Assembly (NCBI GenBank): GCA_963744155.1
Contig: CAVUSP010000011.1
Span: 265,075-329,074 of the forward strand
Length of the DNA: 64,000 bases
Direction: 5' to 3'
Source: an uncultured Acidobacteriaceae bacterium
GTDB taxonomy: Bacteria; Acidobacteriota; Terriglobia; Terriglobales; Acidobacteriaceae
Below the pieces are notes generated by a model. The model saw nothing but the letters and a program-made list of their open reading frames with translations. It was not told where the DNA came from and did not search any database. The translations under genes were made by a program, and so were the position numbers. Of the stretch, positions 43,441-54,318 are shown piece after piece (the stretch's first letter is position 1; every line of letters begins with the position of its first letter).

Positions 43441-44502
43441 CTACGCGCGGCAGAGAGCAGCGACAGAGATGAACGGCATGATCAGTCGTGCGTACTTTGG
43501 TGTTACCGTTACGCCCATGCCGCTGAGTTTGCTGCGCGCCTGCATTGCTTCGGGCGAGTTGGGGAAGCGCTGGATGAGTGTGCGAAACTCCCGCACGCCT
43601 GAGTCCTTTTGATTGATCGCGACCAGCGCCATTCCCTTGTGAAGATGCGAGACCGGGACCTTATTGCTGTCGGGATACTGGTCGATGACGCTGTCGTACG
43701 CCTTGATCGCCGCAGCATAGCGGCCTCCGCGATAGTCGATCTCCGCCTGGTAGTAGTAGGAGTTTCCAGAGAGGGGATTGTCGGGGTAGAACTTGACGAC
43801 ATCTCCGAACTCGGCGGCTGCGAGGGCATATTTTGCGGCCATGTAGTCGCCGAGCGCGGTCTTGTACAACTCGTCTGCCGGAGGCACGGATGGGCCAGGC
43901 GAGTTCGCGGGTGCCGCAGGAAGAGGAACGTCCGCTGAGGGCTTGCCTCTTCGGCCGACGGGGGGTGGTGGCGTACTGGGCGAGTCGGGAAGCGAGTTCG
44001 CCGGGGCAGGCGAAGCGGCGCCCCCGGTCGAGGGCATGTTCTGCACGTTGGCGCTGATGGACTGCTGCTGGCTTTGTACATCCTGTACCAGCTTCTGGAG
44101 CGTGGCCATGCGAGCCTTGACCTCGTCGAGCGAGTCATTCAAGGACTGGATCTGGCCAGAGATCTGATCGATCTTGCCGCTCTGCGCCTCCTGCTGGGTT
44201 TGCATCTGCTTCTGCAGGGTTTCGAGGGCGACAGACATTTTGTTGATGGAGTCAGAGCTCTGCTGGACCAGGTCCTTCATGACGCCCATGCGCTCGTCGT
44301 TGGACTGCTGAAGGCGGGCGACGGCGTCCTGGAGTTGCTGGATCTGCGTCTGCAACTGCACCATGTCTTTGTTGACGGCGAAGGCTGGCAGTCCGAAAAA
44401 GAAGGCTGAGGCAAGAAGGGCTGCGGAGGCAAGACGCGCCGGCCTGGTGAAGGAGCTGAAGTTTGTGCGCTGATTGGGTGAATGAGTCGGTAAATGAGTC
44501 AT
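43441..44502 (-). CDS. cpoB: Tol-Pal protein CpoB/YbgF (coiled coil plus TPR)
   Basis: Coiled-coil N-terminus, TPR repeats ending RFPNSPEA; downstream of pal. Confidence 0.8.
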   Translation of the reverse strand: MTHLPTHSPNQRTNFSSFTRPARLASAALLASAFFFGLPAFAVNKDMVQLQTQIQQLQDAVARLQQSNDERMGVMKDLVQQSSDSINKMSVALETLQKQMQTQQEAQSGKIDQISGQIQSLNDSLDEVKARMATLQKLVQDVQSQQQSISANVQNMPSTGGAASPAPANSLPDSPSTPPPPVGRRGKPSADVPLPAAPANSPGPSVPPADELYKTALGDYMAAKYALAAAEFGDVVKFYPDNPLSGNSYYYQAEIDYRGGRYAAAIKAYDSVIDQYPDSNKVPVSHLHKGMALVAINQKDSGVREFRTLIQRFPNSPEAMQARSKLSGMGVTVTPKYARLIMPFISVAALCRA

Positions 44503-44589
44503 GGGCGTAGTGCGCTCGGCTTTCTGTCTTCCCGTCAACCCTCGCGCGATCATTTATGCAAGGGCTGACGGGAGTGGGACTCGGGAGAA

Positions 44590-45357
44590 TTAGCGATCGA
44601 GTGAGAATTGGGCCCGCCGGTTTTGCTGCCAGCATTGCTCATTCTCTTCCGTGCAGAACTGCTTCTCTTTGCCGTAACTAATGACGCGCAGACGGCTTCC
44701 CGAAACTCCGGCCGCGACGAGAGCGGACTTGGCGGCGTTTGCGCGGTTTTCGCCCAGGGCCAGGTTGTACTCGGCCGAGCCGCGATCGTCGCAATAACCG
44801 CCAATGACGACCTTGATGGCCGGATGGGCCGCGAGGTAAGTGGCAGCACGTGAAACCCCTTCTGCGGCGTCAGGACGGACGTCGTAACTGTCGTAGTCGA
44901 AGAAGATGTCGTTCACATTCTGGTGAAAGGCGGCTTCAGTGCCCATATCGCCTACGACTGGCGCGGGAGCAGTGGGAGCAACGGGTACGCGAACGGTGAC
45001 GCGAACATTTGCTTCCGTCGTTCCGCCGTCACCCTTTGCAGTGAGATGAAAGTTGGTGGAGTTGGAGGGCGAGACGGTTTGGGTTCCATTGAGGTTGACT
45101 TCGCCGATGCCGTCGATTGTGACGACGGTCGCGTTCTGGCTGCGCCAGTTGAGGACAACGGACTGGCCGAGATCGATCGCGAGAGGATCCGCAGTGATGG
45201 TTGCGGTGGGTGCAGGAGAAGGCGATGCGGGAGCGGGCCCGAGAGCGTTGGGATTCACACCGCTGGCCTTCTTGTGGCAGCCGGTGGCGATGCCGATTGC
45301 TGCCAGGGCAGCGGTCATAACCAAGGTCCTACAAAATTTGTTTTGTGTTGCAATCAT
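44590..45357 (-). CDS. pal: Peptidoglycan-associated lipoprotein
   Basis: Lipobox ATGC; FFDYDS, CDDRGSAEYNLALGENRA, SYGKE and QNRRA motifs. Confidence 0.93.
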   Translation of the reverse strand: MIATQNKFCRTLVMTAALAAIGIATGCHKKASGVNPNALGPAPASPSPAPTATITADPLAIDLGQSVVLNWRSQNATVVTIDGIGEVNLNGTQTVSPSNSTNFHLTAKGDGGTTEANVRVTVRVPVAPTAPAPVVGDMGTEAAFHQNVNDIFFDYDSYDVRPDAAEGVSRAATYLAAHPAIKVVIGGYCDDRGSAEYNLALGENRANAAKSALVAAGVSGSRLRVISYGKEKQFCTEENEQCWQQNRRAQFSLDR

Positions 45358-45434
45358 CGGGTTTCTCCTGCCAGTCGTTAGTATGTCAAAGAATCAAAGT
45401 TAGCTGCGAAGCAATTCCGCAGACAGATAACTAC

Positions 45435-46804
45435 TTACTTCCAACTCCAGTTCGGCATGTCCGCGCCCGGACCGGTCAATGCGCGCTTCTGCGTGCCGTC
45501 GGCCAGCATGGTCATGATCTTCATGTGGCTGGCCTTACCGTCGGCGGTGTTCGCGTAGACGATATGGCGGCCGTCGGGCGACCAGGACGGGAAGTCGCAG
45601 CGTCCGCCATCATGGGTGAGCTGAATCCATCGCTTGGTGGCGATCTCCATGATGTAGATATCCTGTCCGCCGGGGGCGCCGGGGCCGTACTTGCGGTCCC
45701 ACGCGAAGGCGAGGAACTGGCCGTTGGGAGACCACGACACAGAGGTCGCGTAGCCGCCGTCGGTCATGCGCTGCACTGCGGAGCCATCGGTGTCCATGAT
45801 GTAGAGCTGAGGCAGACCCGTGCGCCCGCTGATCCACGCAATCTGCGAACCGGTGCGGGGATTGAAGACGGGCGAGACATCGGGACCGCGGAAGCTTGTA
45901 ATGCGGCGGGCGAGAGCGCCGTTCGCGTCGGAGATCCAGATCTCGGGGTCGCCTGAGCGGGAGGAGGAGTACGCGATGTCTTTCCCGTTTGGAGCCCACG
46001 CCGGCGTGATGTTCGTTCCGCCGATGGCGGGAAAGTTGACCATGCGGCCGAGCACTAGGGAGTACATGCGAATCTGAAAGCCGTCGTGCCCGAGCGAGGA
46101 GAATGCGAGGCGGCTGCTGTCGGGAGAGATGCGCGGGGAGAGCGAGACGGTGCCGAGTTCAGTGAGAGGGCGCTGGTTGGCGCCGTCGTAGTCCATCTCC
46201 CAGATCTCTTTGTTTCCACCATTGATCTTGACGTAGTAGATCTTGGATTCGGCGATTCCCTGACTGCCGCCGCTGAGCCGGAAGATGATCTCGTCGGCGA
46301 AGCGGTGGGCGATCTGACGGGCAGAGTCGTCGCTTGCGTCCTCGTTGTATTGTTTGGCGAGCACCTGCGGGTATTGCAGATTCTTGGCGTCAAAGAGGAA
46401 GCCGTTGCAGGTGATCCTGCCACCCTGGGCGTTGAAGCTGCCGAAGGCCACCATGGCGGCGGATGCGGGGCAGCGGCCCACTGCTGCACATTGATTTCGG
46501 CGGGAGAGCCCGGAGTCGACTCCGGCAGCAGGCTCTTCGAGACGATGTCGAAGATGCCGGCGTTGGCCAGGTCTGAGTACAGGGTCGTGTCGAAGGTGCG
46601 CTTCAGGGTTGCGAGCTGCGGATCGGCAGAGCCGGGTTTGAAGTCGGCCACGGCGATGCGAATGTTGTTGACGCCGCTGGAGGTTTCGGTGTGGAAGCCC
46701 TCCTGCGCGCGCAGGGCCGCACTGAAGAACAAGAGGAAGAGCAGCGCTCCGAGGCAATAGAACTGGGCGTGCCGGATGGGGGACGTTCGTTCCTGACTAA
46801 GCAT
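45435..46804 (-). CDS. tolB: TolB beta-propeller protein (frameshift near 46468)
   Basis: IAVADF N-domain, AHRFADEI and PD40 repeats (WSPDG). Confidence 0.88.
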
Positions 46805-46909
46805 TCTCTTCCATGTTAGACGCAAAAATGACGCGTGAGGGTACCTGAGCGAAAGCGACTGTGGTAATCAAGGGAATACTCCAAAAAAAATGCAGAGGGA
46901 CTGGCAGTT

Positions 46910-47707
46910 TTACTGGTGCAGGTGAAAGGTGTACTCGACTGTGATGTGATTGCCCTGCGGAAGCGGGCCGAAGCCGTCGACACGCTGCACGGCGCGGATC
47001 GCAGACAGGTCGAGCGTTTGGGATCCGCTGGGAATCTCGACACGTGCGTTGGAGGGAACACCATCGCGGTTGATATCGAAGATGATGGTCGTGCTCTTGC
47101 CGATCGAGCTGCGTGGATCAGCCTCGGAGGTTAACCAATTCTGCGCGACCTTACTGTTCACGATGTTCACATAGTAGGCGAAGCGCGATCCAAAGGTGCG
47201 GTCATCGACCGAGACGCTGGCGGTGCCGTTCTTGACCTCCATCGTCGACTGCGCGATGCGGATGCCCGCAGTCTCTCCGGTGACGGCCTTGGTGGGGTCA
47301 GGCGTGATCGGCTGAACGTGCTTCGGCGGAGTCGGCGTGGGTTTCTCCGCCGTCTTGATGGGCTTCGTGATCTTTTCGGGGATGGCGACTTCTTTGGGGC
47401 TCGGCGGCGGCTCGGTCTTTTCTTTGGCAGTCACGGGAGCGGGGCTTGGGGCCTCTGACGTCAGGACGCCGGTGTCGAGCGTACGCTGCGTAGGGGGCAG
47501 AGGGATCGAGGAGACCATCGTGGCCTGGATGGCGCCGACGTTCGAGGCGTGTTCGCCCCAGTTCAAACCTCGAGTGTGGAAGATAAACGCCCAGCCCACG
47601 ATGACCGCAGCGACTACGCCGTGAAGGACGAGCGAGCCCACGAAGTTGGCGCCGAGCTTTTCGTCGTCACGGTAGTATTCCCGGCCGAGTTGGAGGTTCC
47701 CTGCTAT
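46910..47707 (-). CDS. tolA: TolA/TonB family protein
   Basis: SLVLH TM motif, Pro/Lys-rich linker, TonB-C domain; located between tolR and tolB. Start is ATA 47707 or GTG 47641. Confidence 0.75.
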   Translation of the reverse strand: MAGNLQLGREYYRDDEKLGANFVGSLVLHGVVAAVIVGWAFIFHTRGLNWGEHASNVGAIQATMVSSIPLPPTQRTLDTGVLTSEAPSPAPVTAKEKTEPPPSPKEVAIPEKITKPIKTAEKPTPTPPKHVQPITPDPTKAVTGETAGIRIAQSTMEVKNGTASVSVDDRTFGSRFAYYVNIVNSKVAQNWLTSEADPRSSIGKSTTIIFDINRDGVPSNARVEIPSGSQTLDLSAIRAVQRVDGFGPLPQGNHITVEYTFHLHQ

Positions 47708-47717
47708 GGCACCCTCC

Positions 47718-48131
47718 TCAAGGCTTCAGCGGCTGGGTGACGATGCTGATGTTGGTGATGCCGGCCTGCTTGACCGCATCCATCACGGATGCGAAGGCGC
47801 CGAAGGGCACGCGCTCGTCTGCACGCAGGTAGATGATGCGCTTGGCTGCGTCTGCGCCCTTGGGAACCTTCAGCAGACCGGGAAGCTCGTTGACGTTGAC
47901 CGGCTTGTCCTGCAGGAAGACGTTCTGCTCGCGGTCGATGGTGACGACCATGCGCTCTTCCGTCAGTTGATTGACGGTACGCGTCTTGGGGATTGCGACC
48001 TCGACGCCGGACTGCAGAACCGGCGCCGTGAGCATGAAGATGAGCAGAAGCACGAGAACGACGTCGACGAGCGGCGTGATGTTGATCTCGGCGAGCGCTG
48101 TCTGGGTATGTCCTTTCGAAGAGAAGGCCAT
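47718..48131 (-). CDS. tolR: TolR/ExbD
   Basis: EINITPLVDVVLVLLLIFMLTAP and LRAD motifs. Confidence 0.9.
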   Translation of the reverse strand: MAFSSKGHTQTALAEINITPLVDVVLVLLLIFMLTAPVLQSGVEVAIPKTRTVNQLTEERMVVTIDREQNVFLQDKPVNVNELPGLLKVPKGADAAKRIIYLRADERVPFGAFASVMDAVKQAGITNISIVTQPLKP

Positions 48132-48133
48132 GG

Positions 48134-48904
48134 CTAAAATGTCCTCCGTCTCGCCTCTTCCGGCTGCGGCGGCGCGGGAGGCGTCATCATCGCGGCGTTT
48201 TCAATGGCGTTGAGGAGTTCGCGGCCGAAGTCGTCCATGCGGGCCGCGAACTCGCGCAGCCGTGCGGTGAGCTGGTTGTAGCCGACCACCGCGGGGATGG
48301 CGACGATAAGGCCGGCGGCGGTAGTGATGAGGGCCTCCGAGATGCCGGGCGCTACTGCGCGAAGGGTCGCTGCGCCGGCGGTGCCAAGCCCGTGGAAGGC
48401 ATCGATGATGCCCATGACGGTGCCGAAGAGTCCGATGAACGGCGCGATCGCGGCGATGGTGGCGAGCCAGGTCATGCGGCTCTCCATCGCGGTCAGAGCC
48501 TCGCTCGAGGCAGTCTGTGCGGCCCGTTCGAGCGCGACTGGATTGCGTGGAAGGCCGCGTCCGCCGTTCTGCCGCTGGTACTCGTCGTGGATCTCGTTGA
48601 AGACGGCGACCAATGGGCTGGGCCTGAACTGCTCGGCGACTGCAGCGATCTCGCTAAGCCGCGTCGATTTGCGAAAGGCGCGGACGAAGCGCAGGCTTTG
48701 CGTCTGGGCTTTGCCGAAGCGGGACCACTTCGAGATCATGATGGTCCACGAAAAGATGCTCGCAATAAGGAGAATGACGAGAACCGCGAAGGCCACAGGG
48801 CCGCTGTTGTGGACCATCTCCAGAAGCGCGCTGCCGTTGGCTGCCGCAGGGACAGCGGCGGTAGAGTCATCCTGGGAGAGATACAGAGCGAGAATCCAAA
48901 GCAT
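48134..48904 (-). CDS. tolQ: TolQ/ExbB/MotA proton channel
   Basis: APFIGLFGTVMGI and GISEALITTAAGL motifs. Confidence 0.9.
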   Translation of the reverse strand: MLWILALYLSQDDSTAAVPAAANGSALLEMVHNSGPVAFAVLVILLIASIFSWTIMISKWSRFGKAQTQSLRFVRAFRKSTRLSEIAAVAEQFRPSPLVAVFNEIHDEYQRQNGGRGLPRNPVALERAAQTASSEALTAMESRMTWLATIAAIAPFIGLFGTVMGIIDAFHGLGTAGAATLRAVAPGISEALITTAAGLIVAIPAVVGYNQLTARLREFAARMDDFGRELLNAIENAAMMTPPAPPQPEEARRRTF

Positions 48905-49062
48905 AGTTATTGTCCACCAGTCCTTAGTGTAAATCGTGATTGAGTGAAATTTGGCCGGGGCATCTTCGCTGGTGCGGGCTTTTGCGGGTGTACAGGATGG
49001 TTCCCGATGGAATTTCTACAAGGTTTGCTATCCTCGCGATACGTCGTTGTTTGAGGCCCTTT

Positions 49063-50758
49063 ATGCTGCTGGAGTTACGCGCGGAAAACTACGCTGTGAT
49101 CGACCGTGCGGTCGCCTCGTTCGGACTGGGCCTCAACCTTTTGACGGGTGAGACCGGCGCGGGGAAATCCATTCTGATCGATGCGCTTGCGCTGCTGCTT
49201 GGCGGTAAGGCGTCGCCGGATGTCGTTCGGCATGGTGCGGAGAAAGCTGTCGTTGGCTGCGTCTTTGAACTGACGCCCGGTTCGGCTGCGATCCTCGATG
49301 CGAACGGAATCGATTCGGAGTCGGATCATATTCTGCTGCGGCGCGAGATTGTTGCGAACGGTAAAGGGCGAGTCTTCATCAACAATCAGCCTGCAACTGT
49401 GGGAGTTTTGCGGCAGCTTGCGCCGGAGCTTGCGCTGGTGCACTCGCAGGGGGAGACTCTCGGCTCTTTCGATCAGGCGCAGCAGCGGAGTCTGCTGGAT
49501 CGCTTTGGCGGGGTCAATACAGATCCTGTTGTCGAGGCATTTGCAGCGTGGCGGGCCACGACGGACAAGCTCGACGAGTTGCAGTCTGCGGAGCAGGATC
49601 GCCTGCGGATGGCCGATCTCTGGCGGTTTCAAAGCAAGGAGATCGACCAGGCCGGACTGGCTGCGGAGGATGAAGACGTTCAGCTTGAGGCGGAGAAGCG
49701 TGTGCTCGGCAACGCCGAAAAACTCTACACCGCCGCGATGAGTGCGCATGAACTTTTGTATGAGTCGGAGAACTCTGCCGAGAGCGCTCTGGGAGCGGCT
49801 CTGAAACATCTCGAAGAGCTGGCGCGGTATGACGCGAGGTTTCAGGAGCCGTCACAGCAGTTGGCTGCGGCGAAGGCGATCGTGGAGGATGTCGACGCGG
49901 AGGTGCGCGACTTCGCTGACAATGTTCACGCGGCTCCGGGGCGGCTGGAGGAGATTGAAGACCGGCTGGCGGCGCTTGACCGGTTGAAGAGGAAGTATGG
50001 GCAGACTCTGAAGGACGTGATCGCCTTTGGCGCTGAGGCGGCGCGGCAACTGGCCGAGGTGGAGAACAGGGACGCGCTGCTTGTAGAACTGAAGGCCAAA
50101 GAGGAGCAGAGACGCGGCTGCCTATCGCGCCGTTGCGTCACAACTCACTGCGGCCCGCTCAGATGCGGCGAAGCGCCTCGAGAAGCTGGCTGAGGCGCAG
50201 ATCAACGACCTTGCAATGAGTACGCGGTTTCATGTTCAGGTAACACCGGAGAAAGCTCCTGAGAGCTGGACGGCTCATGGCTGGGACCAGGTGGAGTGCC
50301 TGATCGCAACCAATGCGGGAGAGCCGTTGAAGCCGCTGCATGAGATAGCGTCCGGCGGCGAGATGTCACGCGTGATGCTGGCGTTGAAGGTCACGGTGGA
50401 AGAGGCTGCCTCGGGCGGTTCAGGGCGGAAGAAGAAGTCGATCCTGCCGCGAACCCTGGTCTTCGATGAAATAGATATCGGCATTGGGGGCCGTGCGGCG
50501 GAGGCAGTAGGGCGCAAGCTGAAGACGCTGTCCAAGGGCCAGCAGGTATTGTGCATTACTCACTTACCGCAGATCGCTGCCTTCGGAGATCAACACTTTC
50601 TCATCGAGAAGACCGAGAAGCGTGGCCGAACGCAAACCGAGGTGCGGCGCATGGAAGACTCCGAGCGGACCCAGGAGATCGCCCGCATGCTGAGTGGGGC
50701 CAAGTTGACCGAGACCAGTCTGAAACACGCCGAACATCTGCTCGAAAGCAGCAGATAG
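49063..50758 (+). CDS. recN: DNA repair protein RecN (frameshift near 50110)
   Basis: LTGETGAGKS, SGGEMSR, VFDEID and ITHLPQIA motifs. Confidence 0.92.
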
Positions 50759-50841
50759 CGAACCGAACCCGGCATCTCGAAACGGCGCCGTTGCATCGGA
50801 CAAGAAAGGACATATCTAGAATTTGTTCCGGAGGATGAGCC

Positions 50842-50997
50842 ATGTCAACAGATCCGAAGAAGTGTGCGATGGACGGTTGTCTTTGTACGGTACCCGCGGG
50901 TGAGAAGTTCTGCTCGGCGTATTGCCAGACAGCCAAAAATGAGATCAAGCTGGAGTGCGATTGCGGTCATACAGCGTGCGAAGGCCAAAAGCTCTAG
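50842..50997 (+). CDS. Bacterial metallothionein-like protein (51 aa, absent from ORF track)
   Basis: MSTDPKKCAMDGCLCTVPAGEKFCSAYCQTAKNEIKLECDCGHTACEGQKL; GGAGG RBS. Confidence 0.85.
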   Translation: MSTDPKKCAMDGCLCTVPAGEKFCSAYCQTAKNEIKLECDCGHTACEGQKL

Positions 50998-51164
50998 TTC
51001 CGCTTCACGGAACTCACAATCGAACGATGCAGCTAAGGCACGAAAAGATCCAGCTTTGCCAGACTTTTGTGCGCATTTTCGTGTCTTATTTGATCCTCAA
51101 ACCTGCACCTTAATTGGTTCAACCGAGGTTCCTGTGACGGGGTGAACGCGGTATACTGATAGAC

Positions 51165-52187
51165 GTGACTACAACCACCCTTGAGCGCGTCTCTGTAGAG
51201 ACTGTAGACCAGAGCGGCAACAAAACGAAAACTAAGCGGGTACTTCTCCTCAAGCCTCGCGGCTTCTGTGCCGGTGTTGTGCGAGCCATCGATATCGTTC
51301 AGATCGCGCTCGATACCTTTGGCGCTCCGATCTACGTGCGCAAGGAGATCGTGCACAATAGCTACGTTGTGACTGACCTCGCCAAGAAGGGCGCAATCTT
51401 CGTCAACGAACTTGACGAGGTTCCTGAAGGCGCTCGGGTTATCTACTCCGCGCATGGTGTCTCGCCTGCCGTTCGCGAACGGGCCAAGGAGCGGGGGCTG
51501 AAGGTCGTCGACGCAACCTGTCCCCTGGTGACGAAGGTTCACGTCGAAGCGATTAAATTTGCCAAGCAGGGCTACTCGCTGGTGCTGGTCGGACATCGCG
51601 ACCATGAAGAGGTTGAGGGCACTCAGGGCGAGGCTCCGGACGTGACCCAGGTGGTCTCGACCGTCCAGGAGGTTGAGGCTCTCGTCGTTCCCGATCCGAA
51701 CAAAGTTGCCTACTTGACGCAGACGACGCTCTCGCTCGACGAAGCGCGCTACATGATCGAGGCGCTGAAGAAGAAGTTTCCGAACATCGTCGGCCCGCAT
51801 GCGCAGGACATCTGCTACGCCACGGAGAACCGCCAGACTGCGGTTAAGAATGTTGCCCATGGCGCGGATCTGGTGCTCGTTGTCGGCTCACGAAACAGTT
51901 CGAATTCGAACCGGCTGGTTGAGGTTTCGAAGAACCTGGATACAAATTCGTACCTGATCGACACGGCAGATGCTATTCAGCCAGAGTGGCTCGAAGGCGT
52001 CGACACCGTTGCAGTAACAGCAGGGGCGTCCGCTCCTGAGGTGTTAGTGAAGGATGTTGTCGAATATCTGCAGACGATGGGCTATGGTTCGGTCGACGAG
52101 GTGGAAGTGATGCCGGAGAATGTGCGCTTCGGTTTACCGCCAGAGATCGTCCAGGCCATTGCGTCCGCTCCGCCAGTTGGCCGGTAA
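51165..52187 (+). CDS. ispH: 4-hydroxy-3-methylbut-2-enyl diphosphate reductase
   Basis: PRGFCAGV, DATCPLV, DICYATENRQ, SSNS and TAGASAP motifs. Confidence 0.96.
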   Translation: MTTTTLERVSVETVDQSGNKTKTKRVLLLKPRGFCAGVVRAIDIVQIALDTFGAPIYVRKEIVHNSYVVTDLAKKGAIFVNELDEVPEGARVIYSAHGVSPAVRERAKERGLKVVDATCPLVTKVHVEAIKFAKQGYSLVLVGHRDHEEVEGTQGEAPDVTQVVSTVQEVEALVVPDPNKVAYLTQTTLSLDEARYMIEALKKKFPNIVGPHAQDICYATENRQTAVKNVAHGADLVLVVGSRNSSNSNRLVEVSKNLDTNSYLIDTADAIQPEWLEGVDTVAVTAGASAPEVLVKDVVEYLQTMGYGSVDEVEVMPENVRFGLPPEIVQAIASAPPVGR

Positions 52188-52231
52188 CGAAATCGCCGGG
52201 TAACGAAATCGTAGACAGAGAGTTTGTTTTC

Positions 52232-54262
52232 ATGGGAACTACATCAAGCAATCCGAGGAAGATTAATCAGCCGGTGCAGCCGCGCTTTGGACGAATCGAC
52301 CTCGGTCTGGAACACATTACTGAAGGCATCGAGCGGTCGAAGGATTGGCTGCTCAGCCTGCAACATCCTGATGGCTATTGGTGCGGCGAGTTGGAAGCGG
52401 ACAGCATGCTGGAGTCCGACTACATCTTTGTCCATACTCTTCTCGGCACAGGCGACCGTGGTCGCATGGAGCGAGCCGTCAATGAGATCCTTCGTCATCA
52501 GAACGAAGACGGCGGCTGGAGCATCTATCCCAACGGGCCATCGAATATCTCGCTTGGCGTTAAGGCGTATTTTGCTCTCAAGTTGATGGGGTGGTCTGCC
52601 GATCATCCCGTGCTCGTGAAGGCGCGTGAGTGGATTCTGGCCAACGGCGGCGTCACCGAGGTCAATACCTTCACCAAGATTTATCTGTGCTTCATGGGTC
52701 AGTATGAGTACGACGCCGTGCCCGCGGTGCCGCCTGAACTCGTGCTGTTTCCGAAGTGGTGCTACTTCAATATCTACGAGATCTCGGCGTGGTCGCGAGC
52801 TATCGTCGTGCCGCTGTCCATTGCGTATGCCAAGAAGCCGTTCAAGAAGATCACCAAGGAGCAGGGAATCGACGAGCTATTCGTCGGCGGCCGCGAGAAC
52901 GCCCACCTGCACCTGAAGTGGGACAAGAAGAAGATCTTCGGATGGAGAAATATCTTTCTCGCCGCTGATCGCGTCGCTCACTGGGCCGAGCGCGTGCATA
53001 TTCGCCCGCTGCGCAAGATCGCTCTCAGGCGCGCCGAGAAGTGGATGCTGGAGCGCTTCGAAAAGTCAGACGGCCTCGGCGCAATCTATCCTGCCATGCT
53101 GAATGCGCTGATCGCGCTGGCCTGCCTGGGATATACCCCGGACGATCCGCAGTTCATTCGCGCGATGGACGAGTTCGAAAAGCTCGGCATCGACAATCCC
53201 GAGGGCGAGCCGCACTATCCGACCCCGACCTTCCGCATGCAGCCGTGCGTCTCCCCGGTGTGGGATACCGCACAGGCGGTCTACGCGCTCGGCGAGGCCG
53301 GAATCGCGAAGACCGATCCGCGCATGATCAAGGCTGCGGACTGGCTGATGTCGAAAGAGGTCCGGCACAAGGGCGACTGGACCATGAGCCTGCCTAATGT
53401 GCAGCCTGGCGGATGGTACTTCGAGTTCAACAATGAGTTTTACCCGGATGTCGATGACTCTGCGCAGGTTCTGCTTGCGCTGAACTGCGTCAGCCATCCC
53501 CGCGAACGCAATCAGATCGACGTATCGCAGCGCGCGTTGGACTGGATCTTCGCAATGCAGTGCAAGAACGGCGGCTGGGCGAGCTTCGACAAAGACAACA
53601 CGAAGATGATCTTCCAGTACATCCCGTTTGCCGACCATAACGCGATGCTGGACCCACCGACGGTCGACATTACCGGTCGCATCCTGGAGATGCTTGCCAA
53701 CTACGGCTACACCCGGCGCGACAAGCGCGTGGAGAAGGCGATCCAGTTCGTCCTCAAGGAGCAGGAGTCTGACGGCAGCTGGTTCGGGCGCTGGGGCGTC
53801 AATTACCTCTACGGCACGTTCCTTGTGCTGCGCGGACTCGAAGCCATGGGGGTATGGAATCATGAGCCGGCCATTCAACAGGCAGCCGAGTGGATTCGCA
53901 TGGTGCAGAACGCGGACGGCGGCTGGGGCGAGACCTGCACCAGCTACGACGATCCCACCCTCCGCGGCATAGGCCCGAGCACGCCATCGCAGACCGCGTG
54001 GGCGGTTCTCGGACTCCTCGCGGCCGGCGACACGAGGAGCGACTCTGTGGCAAAGGGTATTCGCTGGCTGGTGACGAAACAGATGGAGAACGGAAGCTGG
54101 GACGAAGCAGCATCGGGACGCAACAACGAAGCGGTCTACACCGGCACAGGCTTCCCGCGGGTGTTCTATCTCGCCTACCACCTGTACCGGGACTATTTCC
54201 CGCTCCTTGCACTGACGACCTACAGGCGCTTGATGGAAAAAGAAGCGGCAGAAGCAGCATAA
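52232..54262 (+). CDS. shc: Squalene-hopene cyclase (HpnF)
   Basis: YPDVDDSA (DxDD) and QW repeats (QNEDGGW, QNADGGW). Confidence 0.96.
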   Translation: MGTTSSNPRKINQPVQPRFGRIDLGLEHITEGIERSKDWLLSLQHPDGYWCGELEADSMLESDYIFVHTLLGTGDRGRMERAVNEILRHQNEDGGWSIYPNGPSNISLGVKAYFALKLMGWSADHPVLVKAREWILANGGVTEVNTFTKIYLCFMGQYEYDAVPAVPPELVLFPKWCYFNIYEISAWSRAIVVPLSIAYAKKPFKKITKEQGIDELFVGGRENAHLHLKWDKKKIFGWRNIFLAADRVAHWAERVHIRPLRKIALRRAEKWMLERFEKSDGLGAIYPAMLNALIALACLGYTPDDPQFIRAMDEFEKLGIDNPEGEPHYPTPTFRMQPCVSPVWDTAQAVYALGEAGIAKTDPRMIKAADWLMSKEVRHKGDWTMSLPNVQPGGWYFEFNNEFYPDVDDSAQVLLALNCVSHPRERNQIDVSQRALDWIFAMQCKNGGWASFDKDNTKMIFQYIPFADHNAMLDPPTVDITGRILEMLANYGYTRRDKRVEKAIQFVLKEQESDGSWFGRWGVNYLYGTFLVLRGLEAMGVWNHEPAIQQAAEWIRMVQNADGGWGETCTSYDDPTLRGIGPSTPSQTAWAVLGLLAAGDTRSDSVAKGIRWLVTKQMENGSWDEAASGRNNEAVYTGTGFPRVFYLAYHLYRDYFPLLALTTYRRLMEKEAAEAA

Positions 54263-54318
54263 GAGCGATTCAGCGACAACGAATGTGTTGCGCAAATTTT
54301 TGATGGAGGAGACACCGG

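Noticed and set aside
45435-50758. Programmed frameshifting or phase variation in tolB and recN
   Set aside because: No slippery heptamer or long simple repeat at the breaks. Many unrelated genes show the same single-base defect, which favours assembly error.
52183-52211. 13-bp direct repeat GGTAACGAAATCG at the ispH stop
   Set aside because: Only two copies overlapping the stop codon; probably a local duplication with no evidence of function.
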